From: Gemmatimonadota bacterium
GTDB lineage: Bacteria > Gemmatimonadota > Gemmatimonadetes > Gemmatimonadales > Gemmatimonadaceae
Direction of reading: 5' to 3'
DNA: 64,000 nucleotides
Assembly (NCBI GenBank): GCA_040384325.1
Contig: JAZKJL010000002.1
Location: forward strand, 3,522 to 67,521
Each line of letters opens with the position of its first letter. The stretch's first letter is position 1. A program made the translations under genes and the position numbers. The notes beneath the pieces are model-generated. The model searched no databases. It worked only from the letters and a program-made list of their open reading frames with translations, and had not been told where the DNA came from. Of this stretch, positions 48,569 to 57,587 are shown piece after piece.

Positions 48569-49828
48569 CTACTCGGCCGCAGGTTCGTCGCCGGGCGCAT
48601 TCGGTCGACTGCCGCGCCCACGACGCCCTCCGCGGCGACCGCGACGGCGACGACGCTTCGGCGCCTCACCGGTGGCATCGGTGGCGGTCGCACCGTCATC
48701 ACCATCCTCGGCGCCATCGTCATCCTCGTCGCTCACGTCCTCATCGGTCACCGCCGGTGCGGCGACGATCGCGGCTGGTGGGACGTCAGGTGCTGGTGGT
48801 ACCACCGGAGGCTGCGGCGCTGCAGCGCGCGGCGGTGGTGCCTCGGGTCGCTCCGGCAGCACCGGCAGCTTGCGATCCGACGGTGGCACACGGGTGCGGC
48901 TGGTGAGCGTCGGTGCGTCGTCGAACGGCAGCACCCCTTCCTCGGCCGCATCGCGCGCATCGGCGACGCTGTATTCCTCGGTGCCACCGGGCGTCCATGC
49001 CGATGTCTCGCGCTTGAGCTCCAGCAGCGTGATGATGCGCGACTCACCGTCCGCGCCGCGCAACGTCACGCGGTCGTGGAAGATGTCGTTCAGCATCACC
49101 TTCTCCTCGCCCTTCAGCGTGGTGATGATCTTCCCTTCCTTCGGGAAACGCTTGCGGCTCGACACGTAGAACTCGTGTTCGTAGCGCAGGCAGCACATCA
49201 GCCGTCCGCAGGCACCGCTGATCTGCGTCGGATTGAGCGACAGCTTCTGGTCCTTCGCCACGCCGAGGTTCACCGGGCGCAGGTCGGGAAGCCACGACGC
49301 AGAGCAGTATTGGCGTCCGCAGCGACCGATGCCGTCGAGGCGCTTGGCTTCGTCGCGCACACCGATCTGCTTCAACTCGATGCGCGCCTTGAACGTCGCG
49401 GCCAGGTCGCGCACCAGGGTGCGGAAATCGACGCGCTTCTCGGCGGTGAAGTACAGCGTCAGCTTGCGATGGTCCCACTGCCAGTCGGCGTCGGTGACCT
49501 TCATCTGCAGGCCGAGTGCGCGCACCTGCGCCATCGCGGCGCGACGGGTGGTCTCGTTCTCGTCGGGGAGCGCCTGCGCCTTGCGGATGTCGTCCGGTCG
49601 CGCGACGCGCACGATGCGCCGGGTGGCCTCGCCCAGCACCACGCCGTGTGCGACGCCGGCATATCGCTGCTCGGCGAGTGGCCCGATGGCGTGCACCTGG
49701 CCCAGGTCCTCGCCGCGGTCGCCTTCCACGATGACGTGCGTGCGCGGCGCCGGTGGCGGCACGACGTCCTCCCACCGGTAGAACTCCTTGCGGTTCCCCT
49801 TGAACGCTACCTCGATCAGGTCCGACAT
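48569..49828 (-). CDS. PSP1-domain protein (RicT/YaaT-like) with long acidic then Arg-rich C-terminal tail
   Basis: The PSP1 core has the Cys cluster RCGRQYCSASWL...GACGRLMCCLRYEHEFY. The roughly 137-aa tail ends ...DEDDDGAEDGDDG...KRRRRRGRRGGRRGRGSRP. ATG at 49828. Confidence 0.85.
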   Translation of the reverse strand: MSDLIEVAFKGNRKEFYRWEDVVPPPAPRTHVIVEGDRGEDLGQVHAIGPLAEQRYAGVAHGVVLGEATRRIVRVARPDDIRKAQALPDENETTRRAAMAQVRALGLQMKVTDADWQWDHRKLTLYFTAEKRVDFRTLVRDLAATFKARIELKQIGVRDEAKRLDGIGRCGRQYCSASWLPDLRPVNLGVAKDQKLSLNPTQISGACGRLMCCLRYEHEFYVSSRKRFPKEGKIITTLKGEEKVMLNDIFHDRVTLRGADGESRIITLLELKRETSAWTPGGTEEYSVADARDAAEEGVLPFDDAPTLTSRTRVPPSDRKLPVLPERPEAPPPRAAAPQPPVVPPAPDVPPAAIVAAPAVTDEDVSDEDDDGAEDGDDGATATDATGEAPKRRRRRGRRGGRRGRGSRPNAPGDEPAAE

Positions 49829-49829
49829 C

Positions 49830-50798
49830 TCAGCCGATGAACTGGCCCATGCGCAGGAACTTCTCGCGGCGGCGGCGCACGAGCTTCTCCGGACGCAGGC
49901 CGCGCAGGTCATCCAACAGGCGCACGAGGGTGGTCTTGAGGGTCTCGGCGGCGGCGTCGTGATTGGTGTGCGCGCCGCCCTCGGGCTCGGGCACGATCTC
50001 GTCGATCACGCGCAGTTCGACCAGGTCCGGCGCGGTGATGCGCAGCGCCTTGGCCGCGCGCTCCTTGCTGTCCGCCGACTTGTTGTCCTTCCAGAGGATC
50101 GCCGCGCAGCCTTCCACCGAGATCACGGAGTAGATCGCGTTCTCGAGCATCAGCACCCGATCGGCGACACCGAGTGCCAGTGCGCCACCTGAGCCACCCT
50201 CACCGATGACGGTGGCGATGATCGGCACCGCCAGCTGGCTCATCTCGAAGATGTTGCGGGCGATGGCCTCGCTCTGGCCGCGCTCCTCGGCACCGAGGCC
50301 GGGCCAGGCGCCGGGCGTGTCGATGAAGGTCAGCACCGGGACGTGGAACTTCTCGGCCAGCTTCATGAGTCGCAGCGCCTTGCGATACCCCTCGGGGTGC
50401 GGCATCGCGAAGTTGCGCTTCAGGTTGTCCTTGGTGTCGCGGCCGCGCTGGTGGCCGATGACCATCACGGTCTCACCTTCGAGGCGCGCCCAGCCGCCGA
50501 CGATGGCGGCGTCCTCGCGGAAGGCGCGGTCGCCGTGCAGCTCGATGAAGTCGGTGAAGATCCGCTCCACGTAGTCGAGCGTGAAGGGGCGCATCTTGAA
50601 GCGCGCCACCTCGACCCGCTGGAAGGGCGTGAGCTGCTTGTAGATCTCCCGCCGCAGTTCCGTCAGGCGCTTCTCGAGCGGTTCGATCTCCAGCGCGACG
50701 CCGAAGGAGGCGTCACCCGCCAGCCGCTTCAGGTCGTCGATGCGCTGTTCGAGTTCGGCGATGGGCTTCTCGAACTCCAGCGCTGCAGCTGTTGCCAT
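49830..50798 (-). CDS. accA: Acetyl-CoA carboxylase carboxyltransferase subunit alpha
   Basis: LEFEKPIAELEQRIDDLK, RDTKDNLKRNFAMPHPEGYRKALRLMKLAEKFHVPVLTFIDTPGAWPG, GEGGSGGALA. Confidence 0.95.
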   Translation of the reverse strand: MATAAALEFEKPIAELEQRIDDLKRLAGDASFGVALEIEPLEKRLTELRREIYKQLTPFQRVEVARFKMRPFTLDYVERIFTDFIELHGDRAFREDAAIVGGWARLEGETVMVIGHQRGRDTKDNLKRNFAMPHPEGYRKALRLMKLAEKFHVPVLTFIDTPGAWPGLGAEERGQSEAIARNIFEMSQLAVPIIATVIGEGGSGGALALGVADRVLMLENAIYSVISVEGCAAILWKDNKSADSKERAAKALRITAPDLVELRVIDEIVPEPEGGAHTNHDAAAETLKTTLVRLLDDLRGLRPEKLVRRRREKFLRMGQFIG

Positions 50799-50819
50799 GT
50801 TCTGCTCTCCACAGCGCGC

Positions 50820-53800
50820 TCAATTGCCGCGGACGAGCCGTACTCGCTCGTGCCCCAGCAAGGCGCGCAATTCGGTCAAGGCGGCCCCATCGGCCGCCAT
50901 CGTCAGCGTACGCGAACGGAAGCGAGACGAGCTTCCGCGCCCGTCGATCCAGCTCACTTCCAATGGTGCCGTTCCCGGGTGGCTCTCTGCCACCGCACGG
51001 ATGTCCCCCATCACGGCGGGGGACAGCCCGGCACTCGCTCCCAACTGCAACGACACGATCACCGCCCCGTTGGTCCGACGCTCGGCCAGCGGGATCACTT
51101 CGTCGACGATGTACGTCGGCTTCTCGTTGTCCTGGTCACGGCGGCCGTAGCCGCCCTTGATCAGGACTGGAATGTCGGTCCGAATCCGGTCGCCGATCAC
51201 CGACCAGGCCTCGGGGAATACTAGGACCTCGGCGGAGCCTGAGAAGTCCTCGACCGTCAATCGGGCGAATTCCTTTTGTGAGTTCTTGCTAACCTGCCGC
51301 TTCACCGCCGTGATCACGACGCCCAGCGCCATCTTGTCCGCCGACCAGCCCTGCAGCTGCGAGACGGTGTGGGTGGCGAAGAGTTCGCACTCGGTGCGGA
51401 ACGGCTCGAGCGGGTGACCGGAGATATAAAAGCCAAGGATGGCCTTCTCCTGGGACAGCCGCTCGGAGTCCGACCAGATCGGGGTGTTGGGCAGGGTGGG
51501 ACCGTGGCGAGCCTGGCCGTCCACCGGATCCGCGGCCGGACCGAGGTCGCCGAACAGCGAGCCCTGACCGATGCTCGCCTCTTCCTGCTTGAGCCCGGCT
51601 TCGCTGATGGCGGCATCGAGCGCGGCAATGAGCTGGGCGCGGTGCCCGCCGAGCGCGTCCAGCGCTCCGCTCTGGATCAGCGCCTCGAAGACGCGTCGGT
51701 TGCAGAGGCGCAGGTCCACCCGTTCGCAGAACTCGAACAGGGACGTGAACGCGCCGGTCTTCTTGGCGGCGAGGATCGAGTCGATGGCGGCACGGCCGAC
51801 GTTTCGCACCGCGCCCAGCCCGAATCGGATCCGCTTGTCGCCGATGACGGTGAACTTGAAGTTCGACTCGTTGACGTCGGGCGGCAGGATCTCGATGCCC
51901 ATCTCGCGGGCCTCGGCGATGTACTTGATGACACTCTCGGTGTCACCGATCTGCGACGACAGCAACGCGGCCATGAACTCGGCCGGATAGTGCGCCTTGA
52001 GGTAGGCGGTGTGGTAGGCGACGACGGAATAGGCGACGCTGTGGCTCTTGTTGAAGCCGTAGCGGCCGAACGTCTCGATCTGCCCCGCCAACTCCTTGAT
52101 GATCTTCGGATCGTGGCCGCGCGCGACGGCCTTCGTCTCGAACTTGCCGAGCTCCTGGCCGATCAGCACCGCGTCCTTCTTGCCCACTGCCTTGCGCAGC
52201 ACGTCGGCTTCGGCGAGCGAGATGCCGGCCAGCACCTGCGCGATGCGCATCACCTGTTCCTGGTAGGTGATGACGCCGTAGGTGGACGAGAGGATCGTCT
52301 CCAGTTCCGGCAGCGCGTACGACACCGGCTCCTCGCCCTTCTTGCGCCGGATGTAGACCTTGTGCATGCCGGCGTCCAGCGGACCGGGGCGCAAGAGCGC
52401 GTTGCTGGCCACCAGGTCGTCGAAGCGGTCGCACCGCATGCTGCGCAGCACGTCGGTGGCGAGCGGCGACTCGAACTGGAACACGCCGGCGGTGCGGCCG
52501 GCGCGCAGCATGCGGTAGGTCGCCTCGTCGTCGAGCGCGAGGGTGTCGAGGTCGATCTGGATCCCGGTGCGCTCGAAGATGTTCTTCACCGCATCGGTGA
52601 CCACGGTGAGCGTGGTGAGGCCGAGGAAGTCCATCTTCAGCATGCCAGCCTTCTCGAGGCTGTTCATGTCGTACTGCGTCACCACCACCGACTCGTCGTC
52701 ACCCGAGCCGGCGCCCTTGGATGACTGCGTGCAGATCGGCACGTAGTCGTCGAGCGGGCCGGGGGCGATCACAACACCGGCAGCGTGCACACCGGTATGA
52801 CGTGAGAGGCCTTCCAGTGCCGAGGCGTAGTCCAGCAACTGGTGATAGCGTTCCTCGTTCTCGTACCGCGACTTCACGTCGGGCACGTCGCGGATCGCTT
52901 CCTTCACCGTCATGGAGTTGTTCGGCGCATTCGGGATCAGCTTCGCCAGCGCATCGGTCTCCGCCGGCGTGAAGCCGAGCACGCGGCCGACATCCTTGAC
53001 GGCGGCGCGGCTCTTCATCGTCCCGAAGGTCACGATCTGGCCGACGCTCTCCTTGCCGTACTTCTGCCGCACGTACTCGATCACCTCGCCGCGTCGCTCG
53101 AAGCAGAAGTCCACGTCCACGTCGGGCATGGAGACGCGTTCCGGATTCAGGAAGCGCTCGAACAGCAGGTCGAACTTGAGCGGGCAGACGTTGGTGATCT
53201 TGAGCGCGTACGCCACCAGCGATCCGGCAGCCGATCCGCGTCCCGGACCCACCGGAATGCCGCGGTCGCGCGCCGCCTTGATGAAGTCGGCTGTGATCAG
53301 GAAGTAGCCCGCGTAGCCGGTGCGCGTGATCACATCCAGCTCGTACGTGAGCCGCTCCTGCACTTCCTGCGGGAACGGATCGCCGTAGCGCTCCTTGGCA
53401 CCCGCCTCGGCCAGCTGCACCAGCAACTCGTTCTCGCTGGTGACACCCTCCGGCAGCGGGAAGGCCGGCACGAAATACTGCTTCTTGAACTGGACGTCCG
53501 TCTCGTCCGCGATCTTGAGCGTGTTCTCGAGGACGTCGGGGCGATCGGGGAACCGCGCACGCATCTCCTCGGCGGACTTGAAGTACAGTCCCCCGTCGTA
53601 GTGCATGCGGTTGGCGTCGTTGCGATCCTTGCCCAGGCCGATGCAGAGCAGCACGTCGTGCGCATCGTGATCGGTGCTGGTCAGGAAGTGCGCATCGTTG
53701 GTGGCGATGACGGGGAGGCCCATCTTCGCGCCGAGCGTGAAGATCTGCTCGTTGAGGCGTGCCTGGCCGCCGGAGTCGTGCGCCTGCACCTCGAGGTAAT

Positions 53801-54311
53801 ACCGGTCCTTGAAGACTTCGGCGTACCAGGCGGCGGCGGCTTCGGCCTCCGCCCAGCGATTGTGTTCGAGGTGGGTGGCCACCTCGCCGGCAAGGCAGGC
53901 GGAACTCACCACCAGCCCTTCGGAGTACTTCGCTAGGAGCTCCCGGTCGATGCGCGGCCGGGTGTAGAACCCTTCGGTGAAGCCGAGGGAGGACAGCTTC
54001 ACCAGGTTCTGGTAGCCGACACGGTCGCGGGCGAGCAGGACGAGGTGGTAGTACGGGCGCAATCCGGGACCCGGACGGGCCTTCAGTCGTCTGTCACCGG
54101 TAGCGACGTACGCCTCCATGCCGAGGATGGGGCGCAGGCCGGCCTTGCGTGTCTTCTCCTGAAACTCCCACGCGGCATGCATGTTACCGTGGTCGGTAAT
54201 GGCGAGGGCGGGCTGCTCCAGCTCCTTGGCGCGCCGGATCAGGTCGTCGATCCGGTTCGCGCCGTCGAGCAGCGAGTATTCCGAGTGGCAATGCAGGTGC
54301 ACGAAAGACAT
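50820..54311 (-). CDS. dnaE: DNA polymerase III subunit alpha
   Basis: N-terminal PHP domain MSFVHLHCHSEYSLLDGA, full-length 1163 aa, FNKSHSVAYS motif. Confidence 0.97.
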   Translation of the reverse strand: MSFVHLHCHSEYSLLDGANRIDDLIRRAKELEQPALAITDHGNMHAAWEFQEKTRKAGLRPILGMEAYVATGDRRLKARPGPGLRPYYHLVLLARDRVGYQNLVKLSSLGFTEGFYTRPRIDRELLAKYSEGLVVSSACLAGEVATHLEHNRWAEAEAAAAWYAEVFKDRYYLEVQAHDSGGQARLNEQIFTLGAKMGLPVIATNDAHFLTSTDHDAHDVLLCIGLGKDRNDANRMHYDGGLYFKSAEEMRARFPDRPDVLENTLKIADETDVQFKKQYFVPAFPLPEGVTSENELLVQLAEAGAKERYGDPFPQEVQERLTYELDVITRTGYAGYFLITADFIKAARDRGIPVGPGRGSAAGSLVAYALKITNVCPLKFDLLFERFLNPERVSMPDVDVDFCFERRGEVIEYVRQKYGKESVGQIVTFGTMKSRAAVKDVGRVLGFTPAETDALAKLIPNAPNNSMTVKEAIRDVPDVKSRYENEERYHQLLDYASALEGLSRHTGVHAAGVVIAPGPLDDYVPICTQSSKGAGSGDDESVVVTQYDMNSLEKAGMLKMDFLGLTTLTVVTDAVKNIFERTGIQIDLDTLALDDEATYRMLRAGRTAGVFQFESPLATDVLRSMRCDRFDDLVASNALLRPGPLDAGMHKVYIRRKKGEEPVSYALPELETILSSTYGVITYQEQVMRIAQVLAGISLAEADVLRKAVGKKDAVLIGQELGKFETKAVARGHDPKIIKELAGQIETFGRYGFNKSHSVAYSVVAYHTAYLKAHYPAEFMAALLSSQIGDTESVIKYIAEAREMGIEILPPDVNESNFKFTVIGDKRIRFGLGAVRNVGRAAIDSILAAKKTGAFTSLFEFCERVDLRLCNRRVFEALIQSGALDALGGHRAQLIAALDAAISEAGLKQEEASIGQGSLFGDLGPAADPVDGQARHGPTLPNTPIWSDSERLSQEKAILGFYISGHPLEPFRTECELFATHTVSQLQGWSADKMALGVVITAVKRQVSKNSQKEFARLTVEDFSGSAEVLVFPEAWSVIGDRIRTDIPVLIKGGYGRRDQDNEKPTYIVDEVIPLAERRTNGAVIVSLQLGASAGLSPAVMGDIRAVAESHPGTAPLEVSWIDGRGSSSRFRSRTLTMAADGAALTELRALLGHERVRLVRGN

Positions 54312-54386
54312 ATGGCCGATAATCTAACTGCAGACGGCAGGCACGGCGGTACGTCGGCGATCCCCCAGACTCAGCGTAACTTCTTG

Positions 54387-56138
54387 ATGCCAAACACTTT
54401 GTACGTTTCGCGGGGCACGCTGAGCGGATTTGGCGGGCTCCTCGTCGCGGCCGCGCTGGCCGGGTGCTCGGACAAGACGCCGGTGACTCCCGAGCCGGAG
54501 CCGACGACCGCCACGCGCGTGACCCTGGCCACCTTCGGCGTCCAGACGGTGCCCGGATCGGCGGGCGTCACGTTCGTGAATTCGGGTCGGTACGCGGTGA
54601 TGCCGCAGTTCGCCGCCACCAACGATTTCGCCACCGGGACGAGCCGCGCCACGGTGCCGGACTATCCCTTCGTGATCGGCGGGGTGGCGGCACTGAGCGC
54701 CCGCATCGACCGCGCCCCGCGGCAGTCGGCCGAGCTGACCCCCGCCGAGGCATTCCACTTGCGCCTGCGGAACGCGGAGGCGGCCGAGGCGCCGCAGGCT
54801 GCGGCGAACCTGCAGTCGCTGCGGAGCCGCGGGCCGGTGAACCTGAGCGTGCAGTCGGCGCAGGTCCTCGAGAACCGGGATTTCCGCGTGCTCTCGTCGC
54901 TGACCACCAGCACCTACACCACGGTCACCGCGCGACTGCTGTACACGGGCACCAACGTCCTGCTCTACGTGGACACCACCGCGCCGACGAACGGTGGCTT
55001 CAGCGACACCGAGTACCAGAACTTCGGCAAGCAGTTCGACAGCGACCTGTTTCCGATCGACGTGAGCGCGTTCGGCAACACGTCGGACATCGACAGCAAC
55101 GGCAAGACCTACGTGCTCTTCACGCCGGTGGTGAACCGGCTGACGCTCAACTCGGGGCAGTGCGGGTCGTACGTGGCCGGCTTCTTCAACGGCGCGGACC
55201 TGAACGTGGGCAGCGTGAACGGCAACAAGGCCGAGATCTTCTACTCGTCGGTGCCGGGTGAACCGGCCGGTGGCGCGAGCTGCAATCCGCTCGCGGCGTC
55301 GGTGGTGCGCAATGCGGCGCCGGCCACGTTCATCCACGAGCTGCAGCACATGATCTCGTACAACCAGCATGTGCTGGTGCGTGCGGGGAGCACGGAGGAT
55401 GTGTGGCTCAACGAAGGCCTGAGCCACATGGCCGAGGAGCTGGGCGGCAAGCTGTACGAAGCGCGGTACCCCTGCCCGAACCTGCCGCCCTGCCCACTGG
55501 CCGGCCGCAGCAGCCCGGCGCAGATCTTCCCCGATTCGGCGCAGGGTTTCCTGCCGCCGAACTTCGGCAACGCCTACGACTTCTTCTCGTCGCGGCTGGA
55601 TTACTCGCTGACCTCGCCGACGGGCTTCGGCACGATCGAGGAGCGTGGCGTGGCGTGGCTGTTCCTGCGCTGGCTGGCGGACCAGAAGGGCGAGGCGAAG
55701 CTGCGGGAGCTGGTGCAGACGAAGAACGTGGGCACGGAGAACGTGGAGGCGATGGCGAACGAGTCGTTCCGCGCGATCTACGCCGACTTCCTCGCGGCCA
55801 CGCTGCTGGACGATCATCCGGCGGCCACAGGCGGCCAGATCTCGAACCGCTTCCAGTTCACCAGCCGCAACCTGCGCGCGATCTATGCACGCCTGAACCT
55901 GGTGCAGGCGTCGGCGTACCCGACGCCGTATCCGCTGGACGTGGCCGACCTGACCGCGGAGAACGTGCTGACGCCCTCGTCCGCAGCGGTCTCGCGCGAG
56001 ATGAAGCCCGGGTCGCTGGACCTGTTCCAGTTCACGTCGAACACCGCCAACGCGGGGCTCTCGTTCAAGCCGCCGACGGGAACGACGTTCCAGTCCACGC
56101 TGAACGCCCAGGTGACCGTGGTCCGGCTGCCGAACTGA
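54387..56138 (+). CDS. Secreted zinc-metallopeptidase-like lipoprotein (HExxH, gluzincin-type; possibly M30/hyicolysin-like)
   Basis: Lipobox ALAGC. FIHELQHMISYN followed 26 residues later by WLNEGLSHMAEE. The ATG at 54387 lies after the divergent dnaE start. Confidence 0.65.
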   Translation: MPNTLYVSRGTLSGFGGLLVAAALAGCSDKTPVTPEPEPTTATRVTLATFGVQTVPGSAGVTFVNSGRYAVMPQFAATNDFATGTSRATVPDYPFVIGGVAALSARIDRAPRQSAELTPAEAFHLRLRNAEAAEAPQAAANLQSLRSRGPVNLSVQSAQVLENRDFRVLSSLTTSTYTTVTARLLYTGTNVLLYVDTTAPTNGGFSDTEYQNFGKQFDSDLFPIDVSAFGNTSDIDSNGKTYVLFTPVVNRLTLNSGQCGSYVAGFFNGADLNVGSVNGNKAEIFYSSVPGEPAGGASCNPLAASVVRNAAPATFIHELQHMISYNQHVLVRAGSTEDVWLNEGLSHMAEELGGKLYEARYPCPNLPPCPLAGRSSPAQIFPDSAQGFLPPNFGNAYDFFSSRLDYSLTSPTGFGTIEERGVAWLFLRWLADQKGEAKLRELVQTKNVGTENVEAMANESFRAIYADFLAATLLDDHPAATGGQISNRFQFTSRNLRAIYARLNLVQASAYPTPYPLDVADLTAENVLTPSSAAVSREMKPGSLDLFQFTSNTANAGLSFKPPTGTTFQSTLNAQVTVVRLPN

Positions 56139-56172
56139 CGACTGCACTGTCACGGCCGCACGGGATGCTGCC

Positions 56173-57276
56173 TTGAATCGTCAACGGGCGTTCCGCTGGC
56201 TGCGCCGTTCGCTGCTGGCCCTGCTGGTGCTGGTGCTGGGGTTCCTGACGCTGGTGCCGATCGGCCGCTACCTGGCGCGCGCGGCGTACGAGGAGGGGAA
56301 GATCCTCGCGCGCCGGCAGCCGATCGCGGAACTCATCACGGCCCCCGGTACCGACGCGGCGCTGCGCGCCAAGCTGCAGCTGGTGCTCGACGCGCGCCGG
56401 TTCGCGATCGACTCGCTGGGACTGCGTGCGCAGAAGGAGTTCACGACCTACTCGCGCCTCGACCGCGACACCCTGGTGCTGGTGCTGAGCGCGGCGTACC
56501 GCGACTCACTGGCCTTCCGCACCTGGTGGTTCCCGGTGGTGGGTCGTGTGCCGTACAAGGGATTCTTCGACTTCGAACAGGGCAAGCGTGAAGCGAAGCA
56601 GGTGGATGCGGACGGCTACGATGCGGTGCTGCGTCCGGCGTCGGCCTTCAGCACCCTGGGCTGGTTCAACGACCCGCTGCTGCCCACCACCCTCTCGCTC
56701 GACTCGATGGAGCTGGTGAACACGATCATCCATGAGCTGGTGCACACCACCTTCTACGCACCGGGGCAGGCGGTCTTCAACGAGAGCCTGGCCAACTTCG
56801 TGGGGTCGCGCGGCGCCGAGCGGTTCTTCCGCGCCCGTGCGCAACCATCGGCGGCCGACGAGGTGGTGCGTCGGTGGGACGATGAGCGGATCTTCGGCGC
56901 GTTCTGGTCGTCGCTGTATGGCGCGCTCGATTCGGCATTCACCGCGCACCCGGGCGATCGCGCCGCCCGACTGGTGGCACGCGATACGGTCTTCCGCCGT
57001 GCGCGCGCGCACCTGCGCACCGACCTCGCGCCGCGCCTGGTGACGATGGACTCGGCCGGCGTGGCGCAGGTGCGCCTGAACACCGCCGCCGTGCTCGCAC
57101 GCCGGATCTACCTGACGGACCTCGAACTGTTCGAGCGCGTGTACGCCGGGCAGCGGCAGGACCTGCGCGCGACGATCGCACGCCTGATCGAGCTCGCGCG
57201 CGACGTGCCGAAGGCGCCGTACGCGTCCGTCAAGCGATCGCTTGGTGATCCGGTCGCGGATTCTCTCTTTCGCTGA
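56173..57276 (+). CDS. Predicted aminopeptidase (DUF2265/COG4324-like HExxH protein)
   Basis: N-terminal TM. PYKGFFDFEQGKREA...STLGWFNDPLL...IIHELVHTTFY...FNESLANFVG. TTG start. Confidence 0.7.
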   Translation: MNRQRAFRWLRRSLLALLVLVLGFLTLVPIGRYLARAAYEEGKILARRQPIAELITAPGTDAALRAKLQLVLDARRFAIDSLGLRAQKEFTTYSRLDRDTLVLVLSAAYRDSLAFRTWWFPVVGRVPYKGFFDFEQGKREAKQVDADGYDAVLRPASAFSTLGWFNDPLLPTTLSLDSMELVNTIIHELVHTTFYAPGQAVFNESLANFVGSRGAERFFRARAQPSAADEVVRRWDDERIFGAFWSSLYGALDSAFTAHPGDRAARLVARDTVFRRARAHLRTDLAPRLVTMDSAGVAQVRLNTAAVLARRIYLTDLELFERVYAGQRQDLRATIARLIELARDVPKAPYASVKRSLGDPVADSLFR

Positions 57277-57318
57277 TCGATCTCCGCTTCGAGCGAGTTC
57301 TACACGCGCGACGGTAAG

Positions 57319-57572
57319 GGCAACAGCTGATCGCAGAACGGCAACAGCCGCAGAAGTGAACAGCCGCAGAAGGGCACGAGGCTTCGGCGCGGCGGGCGCG
57401 CTTCATTCGCGCTAGCGTCTGAGAGGTTGATGGAACTGCTCTCGCAGTTGCTGTTCCCAAAGCATTGACGAGGCGTCGACAGACCTCGGACGGCGGCACC
57501 GCGCGCAGACGCTCGCGCCCTTCTGCGGCTGTTCAGTTCTGCGGCTGTTCTGTTCTGCGATCTGCTGTTGCC
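57319..57572. repeat. 254-bp imperfect inverted-repeat element (57-nt arms around a 141-nt core), MITE-like or structured RNA
   Basis: Left arm GGCAACAGCTGATCGCAGAACGGCAACAGCCGCAGAAGTGAACAGCCGCAGAAGGGC. The reverse complement of the right arm is GGCAACAGCAGATCGCAGAACAGAACAGCCGCAGAACTGAACAGCCGCAGAAGGGC. Each arm contains a direct duplication of AACAGCCGCAGAA. Confidence 0.75.
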
Positions 57573-57587
57573 GTTTGCGGTGAGCAA

